62,839 bases of DNA from a virus. Taxonomy: Duplodnaviria; Caudoviricetes. Each line of letters begins with the position of its first letter. The stretch's first letter is position 1. The notes under the pieces are model-generated. The model was not told the origin of the DNA. It made no database searches and was given only the letters and a program-made list of their open reading frames with translations. Of this stretch, positions 57,241 through 62,839 are shown piece after piece. The position numbers were made by a program, and so were the translations under genes. The DNA lies in IMG/VR virus record IMGVR_UViG_3300011335_000322, positions 1 through 62,839 of that record. One strand, given 5' to 3'.

Positions 57241-57429
57241 TTAACCTCCACGACCAGATTTCTGGTTCATCACTTTAGCCATGCCACGACCGTATTTCAT
57301 CATGTCCATATCGGTCTTGCCGCCTTTGGCAAACTTGGTCATGGGTTTACCGGGATGCATGGACTTCTCGTGCTTATGCACAGCCCCTGCCATCATCTTC
57401 TTGTCCTGCTTCATGTCTGCCTTATCCAT
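57241..57429 (-). CDS. Small basic Met/Lys-rich protein
   Basis: VHKHEKSMHPGK..KFAKGG. Confidence 0.7.
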   Translation of the reverse strand: MDKADMKQDKKMMAGAVHKHEKSMHPGKPMTKFAKGGKTDMDMMKYGRGMAKVMNQKSGRGG

Positions 57430-57437
57430 ATAAGCTC

Positions 57438-57821
57438 CTAATTTACTGTAACTGAACCAAGTTCCAATTCTGCCACCAAATAGTTGGGTGTCAGACCGTC
57501 ATCGTTTGCCCTAGACCCGCCTACCGGGTTCCAGTTCCACTGAAAAATCCTGCTGCCTTCGCCCGGATTTCCGTCTGCCAACAAGCCAGAAACCACATAA
57601 CTCAAATCTCTGCGCGGCTCCCGTACCGCCTGTGGGTCATCTACCGGGTACATCCCCAACTGCAACTGAGGCTGATCCGGTGTCCAGCAGGTTGGGCACA
57701 CCAGCAAGTTGTAGGTTTTAGTCTTAACAACTTCCTTCTTCAGTTCCTTCAGCTTGTAGCGGAAACCACAACGGTCGCATTCCGCTATCGCATTCTTACC
57801 TGATGCAAACCTATTGCCCAT
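57438..57821 (-). CDS. Zinc-finger protein
   Basis: CDRCG...VCPTCW..DQPQL. Confidence 0.7.
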   Translation of the reverse strand: MGNRFASGKNAIAECDRCGFRYKLKELKKEVVKTKTYNLLVCPTCWTPDQPQLQLGMYPVDDPQAVREPRRDLSYVVSGLLADGNPGEGSRIFQWNWNPVGGSRANDDGLTPNYLVAELELGSVTVN

Positions 57822-57823
57822 GA

Positions 57824-58744
57824 TTAGCTCAAGAACATCTGTCTTGGCACGAAGCGCACTGCTGCTTTCTCTCTGTCCTCATCTTGGGCCAACTGCCATG
57901 CCTCATCGTATTGCATCTTCAATACCTGTAAACGCTCCATGCCGTTGGGCAGCTTCATTGCCAAGTAGTAGGCCAGCCCTGCTGCTACGCAAGGTATAAA
58001 CCTAAACGGCACATCCATTGTGTCAGAGCCATCTCCAGCGTTCTGATTCCTACGCAGCCGCCAATAAACGAAGGTGTAGGTCTGGGAACCATCAGGCGTG
58101 GGCCAGACGGTCACTGCCGGGGGGTTTGATACGTAGACTGCTGTGGCAGTTATATGCGTTGCTGCGGTGGTGTTGGCCTGTCCTCTGGAGCAGGCTGTCA
58201 GGACGTTGCCCACGATGTAGCCGTAGTAGATGATCTCGCTGTCCACCTTGATGTAGCCAGCGGCGGCTAGTCCTATGACTGAACTTAGCGTGATGGTGGT
58301 GGCTGTAGCGGTGACTGCCCCATTCAGGGTCAGGGTTGTTGCTGATGTCTGCCCTGAGTTGCGCTGCACCAGAACTTGAATGGGCCTAGCTTGGGTTAGC
58401 TTGTTGGGCAGCGTGGCGTAGGTGCTGACGCTAATGCGGGTGATGGTCAGGTCTGCTTGGTTGGATGTTGAGTTGGCGCTGGTGCGGATGACATGCTCAA
58501 GCAAGTCCACGGTATCCACCGGAAGTGCGTACGTATTCAACCCCTGAGTCAGGGTGAACGACCCCTGCTCAATTGTCCACATGTTGATGCCCCGGTTGGC
58601 CCAATCCGCAAACATGATGTTGAGGGATCGCCGTGCGGTACGCATGTCATAGCCAGAGCGAAGCTCAGAACCCGCACGTTCAAATGCGTCTTCTATGACT
58701 TCACTCAAGTCCATGTCGAAGGTTGCTACGCCCGAAGTTGTCAT
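57824..58744 (-). CDS. Tail tubular A / adaptor-like protein
   Basis: EDAFERAG, ARRSLN, WANRG, WPTPD, GLAYYLA. Confidence 0.6.
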   Translation of the reverse strand: MTTSGVATFDMDLSEVIEDAFERAGSELRSGYDMRTARRSLNIMFADWANRGINMWTIEQGSFTLTQGLNTYALPVDTVDLLEHVIRTSANSTSNQADLTITRISVSTYATLPNKLTQARPIQVLVQRNSGQTSATTLTLNGAVTATATTITLSSVIGLAAAGYIKVDSEIIYYGYIVGNVLTACSRGQANTTAATHITATAVYVSNPPAVTVWPTPDGSQTYTFVYWRLRRNQNAGDGSDTMDVPFRFIPCVAAGLAYYLAMKLPNGMERLQVLKMQYDEAWQLAQDEDREKAAVRFVPRQMFLS

Positions 58745-58977
58745 TATCTGAACCCTGCTGTTTTCTTGGCAATTGCTTTAGGCTGTGCTACGAACTGTTT
58801 TCCGCTGGCTTTACCGGCTCTTTTGGCTTTGGTTGTTGCGGCGTACTCAGCAGGGCTGAGAGATTTGATCGCGGCTTCCGGTAGGTATCTTTCACCTGTT
58901 TTAGAAGACGGTTTTCCACTTTTGGTTTTCCAATTTTGGGCTGTCCAATCTTTCAGGGACTGTTGTGGAGCTTTCAA
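58744..58977 (-). CDS. Small basic protein
   Basis: SLKDWTAQNWKTKSGK..TGERYLP. Confidence 0.7.
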   Translation of the reverse strand: MKAPQQSLKDWTAQNWKTKSGKPSSKTGERYLPEAAIKSLSPAEYAATTKAKRAGKASGKQFVAQPKAIAKKTAGFR

Positions 58978-59261
58978 TCTCTGTACCCGCCACCTGCGGC
59001 CTTGTATCGTTTAGCCATAACCTGCGCTTTTCTCGCGCTCCATTCCCCAGCGCCCGTGCCTACAATTGCCGCAGCCTTGACGCTGTTGAAAATGCGTTTG
59101 CGAAGGCTGGGTTTGGTGTAGTTGCCAGCTTCATTGACCTTCGACTTCACAGCCCCACCCTCTTTGTACTGAGTAAAGTTTGTGTTGTCGCGGCGGGCTT
59201 TCTTTTTCCCACCGGGCATCTTGCTAGGGTCAATGGCCCCCATGCCACGGGAGGCTCTCAA
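58974..59261 (-). CDS. Small basic protein
   Basis: NYTKPSLRK..WSARKAQ..YKAAGGGY. Confidence 0.7.
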   Translation of the reverse strand: MRASRGMGAIDPSKMPGGKKKARRDNTNFTQYKEGGAVKSKVNEAGNYTKPSLRKRIFNSVKAAAIVGTGAGEWSARKAQVMAKRYKAAGGGYRD

Positions 59262-59434
59262 GATGCACCACCTTTGGGTTTCTTGGCTAGAAAAAGCTTA
59301 TCAACCATCTCCACCCGCTGGGGTTTGGTTGTAAGTTTATCAATGATACCAAGCCGCTTGGATTTACTCGCGTCATAAAACCCAGCCTTTTTCAAAGACT
59401 GAACTACTCGCTTGACCCCTGCGGAAGTTGCCAT
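59258..59434 (-). CDS. Small basic protein
   Basis: 58 aa from ATG 59434. Confidence 0.55.
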   Translation of the reverse strand: MATSAGVKRVVQSLKKAGFYDASKSKRLGIIDKLTTKPQRVEMVDKLFLAKKPKGGAS

Positions 59435-59435
59435 G

Positions 59436-59714
59436 TCAGCACATCTTTCCACGGGTCTTACCCCGTTGGGCTATGCCATCTGCGCGAGATGAAACTGAGC
59501 CGCCCTTGGAAAACTTCTGCCCCATTTCCGTTTTAGTGGTAGGGGCGGCTTCAGCGGCGTTTTGATTTTGTTTCTCAAGATCGTCAAGACGCGCTTCTTC
59601 AAGCATTTTTTTGCGTGCGGCCCGAATTTCAGGCGTGATCACATCGTCCAGAGTTGTACCTGGGCGGCGTGGAACATAGTTACGCATCCCTGCGCGTGTG
59701 CTACTTACAGGCAT
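59436..59714 (-). CDS. Small protein
   Basis: KFSKGGSV..RADGIAQRGKTRG; AGGAG SD. Confidence 0.7.
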   Translation of the reverse strand: MPVSSTRAGMRNYVPRRPGTTLDDVITPEIRAARKKMLEEARLDDLEKQNQNAAEAAPTTKTEMGQKFSKGGSVSSRADGIAQRGKTRGKMC

Positions 59715-59723
59715 ATTGTTCTC

Positions 59724-60104
59724 CTAGCAGGCCATGCCGCCACGGTTCATTTTGATTTGCTTGGCTTTGGTTTTGCCCTTAGAGGCAACACCGTCAGCAG
59801 CACGAGTAAAACCACCTGATGCCATCTTAGCCATACCGCCCTTGTTCATGCCCATCATCTGTTTTTTGTCAGATGCCTTGTCGGCTTTGGAGCCCTCTTG
59901 CATGCCTTTTTTCTTGGCAATCATTGCCATGAAACCGGGATTCATTTTCGTAGCCATATCACCACCTTTTGAGAAAGATTTGCCTTTGTCGGCGTTAGAG
60001 AAATCCTTGCCCACGGATTGTGGGACACCTACCTTCTTGGCAAAGCCCGGATTGTGAGCTATCGCCGCCATGAAATTGTGCTGCTTTTTGCTGGAGCTTG
60101 GCAT
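59724..60104 (-). CDS. Small basic protein
   Basis: MPSSSKKQHNFM; four xxGG motifs. Confidence 0.7.
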   Translation of the reverse strand: MPSSSKKQHNFMAAIAHNPGFAKKVGVPQSVGKDFSNADKGKSFSKGGDMATKMNPGFMAMIAKKKGMQEGSKADKASDKKQMMGMNKGGMAKMASGGFTRAADGVASKGKTKAKQIKMNRGGMAC

Positions 60105-60362
60105 TTAGCATTTCCATCTTGCAAGAGCCGCTGCTTTGCGGGTTGGTTTGCCTTTTTCGTCTTTCATCGGCCCCGGCATACCTGACATCCGCGCACAGAA
60201 TGAGTCTTTGCGTGGGCCACCTTGGGGCTGGGGAGCCTTGAGGTTGCTGCCCGTTGCTGCGTTGTACTTGGCCCTGCCCTTGGCAGTCAGACCAGCCCCC
60301 TGAGAGATCGGTAGCTTCTCGCCCCGACCCACAGAGAGAACCGGGCCTTTCTTCTTAGCCAT
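60105..60362 (-). CDS. Small basic protein
   Basis: GLTAKGRA..GSNLKAP..SFCARM..ALARWKC. Confidence 0.7.
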   Translation of the reverse strand: MAKKKGPVLSVGRGEKLPISQGAGLTAKGRAKYNAATGSNLKAPQPQGGPRKDSFCARMSGMPGPMKDEKGKPTRKAAALARWKC

Positions 60363-60648
60363 AGAAAACTTCTATACCTACAACCGTGCCAACGCTGGTT
60401 GTAAGGTGCAGCCCTGTAGTTGCCAAGATACCTTCACCGGGTATGGTGATGTTAAAGTTTACAGGGACAGTAACGCTGGCAATGTCCATCGTGAACAAAA
60501 TAGCGCCACTGGCGCTGCCGTCACGAATTTCAAATGTAGCTGCCGTGGAAACTTTAGGGCTGACCACAATGCCTTTGAGGCGTGTACGCCCCAGCATAAA
60601 AGAACCGGCGGCAGTTAGGTGTGCCGCCTTTACGTCTGTTTGCATCAT
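60355..60648 (-). CDS. Small beta-rich virion protein
   Basis: GGAG SD then MMQTDVKA...IPGEGIL. Confidence 0.65.
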   Translation of the reverse strand: MMQTDVKAAHLTAAGSFMLGRTRLKGIVVSPKVSTAATFEIRDGSASGAILFTMDIASVTVPVNFNITIPGEGILATTGLHLTTSVGTVVGIEVFYG

Positions 60649-60682
60649 AATTAATCTCCAGTTGTGGGGTTGCCCCCGAAGA

Positions 60683-61102
60683 TTAAGCTGTGCGTGTAAA
60701 CACGTAGGCTGTTGCGCTAGAGAACATGATGGTGAACCGGGCCAAGCCTGTGACACCGGAAGCCACTGTCAGGTCACCAAACGAGCCGGGGGTGTCAGCG
60801 GCGGCGGTGGACAAGATGCCGTTAACTGCTACAACGATAGTCACAGTAGATGCGCCTGCTGTGTTGTCAATATACAGATCAAGCGTAGTGCCTTGAGTCG
60901 CACCCAGTGCTGCACCAAGCAGCGTACCAGTGGGTAGCGTGATGGCAGTTGCTGCGGCTGAAGTGGAGGTGATGTAGCCGGTTGCTACCTGTGCTGCTGT
61001 GGCAGTTGCTGTGGCATTGATTGCGTTGGCAGCGTCAACTTGATGCCCAGCAATGAAGCCATTTTGGGATACAACGGGGCCGTTAAACGTGGTTTTAGCC
61101 AT
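60683..61102 (-). CDS. Putative capsid decoration/minor virion protein
   Basis: MAKTTFNGPVVSQNGF, Ala/Thr-rich, AAGGA SD. Confidence 0.6.
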   Translation of the reverse strand: MAKTTFNGPVVSQNGFIAGHQVDAANAINATATATAAQVATGYITSTSAAATAITLPTGTLLGAALGATQGTTLDLYIDNTAGASTVTIVVAVNGILSTAAADTPGSFGDLTVASGVTGLARFTIMFSSATAYVFTRTA

Positions 61103-61184
61103 GATTTTTCCTTACATACAAGTTAGGCGCATTAGTCTGTATGTCGTCAGCCGGGGCTGTCTAATGCACCGGAAAGCCCGGAGT
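61103..61184 (-). promoter_or_regulatory. Structured 5' leader with pseudoknot next to the SD
   Basis: GGUGCAUUAG/CUAAUGCGCC stem; loop hairpin CAGC/GCUG; loop ACAUACA pairs with UGUAUGU directly before AAGGA. Confidence 0.6.
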
Positions 61185-61190
61185 AGCTGC

Positions 61191-61219
61191 AATATATCAC
61201 ACTATTTGGGGGGATGCAA
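61191..61219 (-). promoter_or_regulatory. sigma70-like promoter
   Basis: TTGCAT, 17-bp spacer, extended -10 TGA-TATATT. Confidence 0.6.
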
Positions 61220-61925
61220 GATATTTAAATTTCCAACCCGTATACGGGCCACGTACCAATGATTTACCGGACTTGAGTGCCCGATTGGCTGTGGGCGGTT
61301 TTAATTTTAGCGCAATGAGCAGCGCTGCGACACTTGCGTACCCTGTGATGTTCCCCACAGGGTCAATAGCTACTACAGCCTTGCTGACCTTTGCGCCGTG
61401 GTCTGGGCGCTCTTTGCCGTACCAGAAGTTGCCCTCCCCCATTAGAGTAGCACTGATCTTAGCACGGACATCAGCGGGTTGTGGTCTGCCGCGCATGGTT
61501 TCCCGCCGTTTGTCCTTCTCTTCGTCGGACTGGATTCGGGCTTTTGATGCAATACCGATTCGAAACTTAGCGTTGTCTGTCTGAAAAAAAGTTTTTCCCC
61601 ACATAGGGTTCTTTTCTCCAAACCACCCCGTAGTTGGTGCTGTAGCGTCTGTCGCAATGTTGTAACAATATTCTTCGCCAACGTGCTTTTTGAGCCATAC
61701 GTTTTCCGCCGCCAATAAGTCGCTGTCGGGGGTAACCTCTTCCACCACAGCAAATACAAACGCCTGCGCTCCGTACTTCAACCACGCTGCTTGCAAATGC
61801 TTGTTTGCGTGATCTCCTCGACGTAACCGCCAAAGATGCCGCGCTTTGCGTTTCTCGTAATTTACGGCGCTGCCGACATAAAACTTGTTGTTGACCACGT
61901 TGATGATTTTGTAAACGCACCGCAT
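61197..61925 (-). CDS. Free-standing GIY-YIG homing endonuclease with NUMOD3-like repeats
   Basis: CVYKI.N..NNKFYVGS....R, H.N.HLQ.AW.KYG, YN; GEKNPMWGK and GEGNFWYGK; start at ATG 61925. Confidence 0.85.
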   Translation of the reverse strand: MRCVYKIINVVNNKFYVGSAVNYEKRKARHLWRLRRGDHANKHLQAAWLKYGAQAFVFAVVEEVTPDSDLLAAENVWLKKHVGEEYCYNIATDATAPTTGWFGEKNPMWGKTFFQTDNAKFRIGIASKARIQSDEEKDKRRETMRGRPQPADVRAKISATLMGEGNFWYGKERPDHGAKVSKAVVAIDPVGNITGYASVAALLIALKLKPPTANRALKSGKSLVRGPYTGWKFKYLASPQIV

Positions 61926-62008
61926 GTTGGTTGCCTCTGGACTTTGACACAGGTAACGGCCTGCTCCGTAATCAAAGTGTACCACAGGCGAATGAATAAC
62001 ACAACAAC

Positions 62009-62036
62009 AAAAGAAAAGGGGCCGAAGCCCCTTTCT
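62009..62036 (-). terminator. Rho-independent terminator after the major capsid gene
   Basis: AAAGGGGC-TTCG-GCCCCTTT then TCTTTT on the minus strand. Confidence 0.85.
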
Positions 62037-62063
62037 GTAACCTGCATGGTTACTTGGTTTTTG

Positions 62064-62839
62064 TCAACTAGCCCCCGGCGATCCAAAGATGCCTAACGGA
62101 TCCGACCACCCAAACGAATATCGTTCGCGGCTCTTGTAACGCACGTTTCCGGTATCGAAATCCCCATCCATTGAATTTGCCAACGCTGCACGTTCAAAAT
62201 GCTTCAGGCCGTTGGGCACATCGGTCATCAGGAACCATGCATTGCTATCAGTCAAGAAGTGGTTAATGCAATACCCTTGTGGGATAGAGCCGTTGTTCTT
62301 CAAGGCGTTGATATCGTTGTCGGCAGTGCCAACACGTAGATTGGTTTCCAGCAAGCGGGTTGCAGTGAACTGCAATGCTGGCGGGATAACCAATTTTTTG
62401 GGCTGTGCTGCGATCAGAAGACCGCGCTCATCAGTCCAAGCAGCAATCTGAATAACTGCGTTTTCCAACGAAGTCTCATTCAAATCAGCTGCGGTTGCAG
62501 GACGATTGCTGTTGGTTCCACCAGACACCAGAGGGTGTGCAGTAGAAATTAAAGCAACTCCGTCACCACCAACATATGAGCTACTAAAAGCGTTGTTTAG
62601 GATGGCAGCGCCTTTGACCTGCTTGGTATACGCCATTGCACGGGCCAAAGCCTTGGTGTAACGGGCAGACAGCGAGTCATACAGGTTGTCCTCAACAGCC
62701 TCTTCGGTAATGGAGAAGCCAAGAGCGATAGTCTCGTGGTTGTACCGAGCTGTAAACGCTTCCTGTGCATTGTCATAAGCAATGGCAGAACCCTCGTTTT
62801 TGACTGGTGCAGCGGAGAATCCCGACAGCTTGGTCTCTT
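62064..62839 (-). CDS. Major capsid protein (HK97 fold, Mu gpT-like), 5' end outside the window
   Basis: Frame is open to the window edge: ETKLSGFSAAPVKNEGSAIAYD...ITEEAVEDNLY...RERYSFGWSDP. Confidence 0.9.
   Translation of the reverse strand, partial: ETKLSGFSAAPVKNEGSAIAYDNAQEAFTARYNHETIALGFSITEEAVEDNLYDSLSARYTKALARAMAYTKQVKGAAILNNAFSSSYVGGDGVALISTAHPLVSGGTNSNRPATAADLNETSLENAVIQIAAWTDERGLLIAAQPKKLVIPPALQFTATRLLETNLRVGTADNDINALKNNGSIPQGYCINHFLTDSNAWFLMTDVPNGLKHFERAALANSMDGDFDTGNVRYKSRERYSFGWSDPLGIFGSPGAS

Noticed and set aside
1-62839. Stop-codon reassignment, integrase/att sites, tRNA genes
   Set aside because: Genes are full length in the standard code, and no recombinase or tRNA was recognisable. 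The short missing stretch between the window ends cannot be assessed.

Overview
The window is a near-complete, circularly permuted genome of a tailed dsDNA phage with podovirus-like organisation. It resembles uncultured aquatic phages, and a betaproteobacterial host is a guess only. Both window ends fall inside the head module: a head-module ORF runs off position 1 and the major capsid gene runs off 62839. The minus-strand arm (1-6685 and 29931-62839) carries terminase, portal, a GroES-like protein, scaffold, capsid, tail/adaptor proteins, a tail fibre, the lysis cassette, internal/ejection proteins including a 3214-aa polyvalent protein, and a GIY-YIG endonuclease; a second GIY-YIG gene sits antisense within this arm. 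The plus-strand arm (7114-29998) carries early genes separated by repeated palindromes, an amidoligase plus class II glutamine amidotransferase pair, DUF932, and a chain of 17 translationally coupled small ORFs built from shared repeat boxes. It ends with a replication module: VRR-NUC, PolA, Cas4-like nuclease, HNH, SNF2 helicase, HTH and primase-DUF927. The best candidate for something new is a regulatory circuit. A ~74-nt three-hairpin small RNA candidate at 6717-6790 carries a segment complementary to an extended ribosome-binding signature (GGAGAAGCAA(A)TG) found at four start codons, and also to the junction repeat of the cassette chain. A 16-bp palindromic operator occurs at three promoters. 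No tRNA, rRNA, CRISPR array, integrase or reverse transcriptase was seen. All protein family calls are by eye from motifs and synteny; no searches were run.
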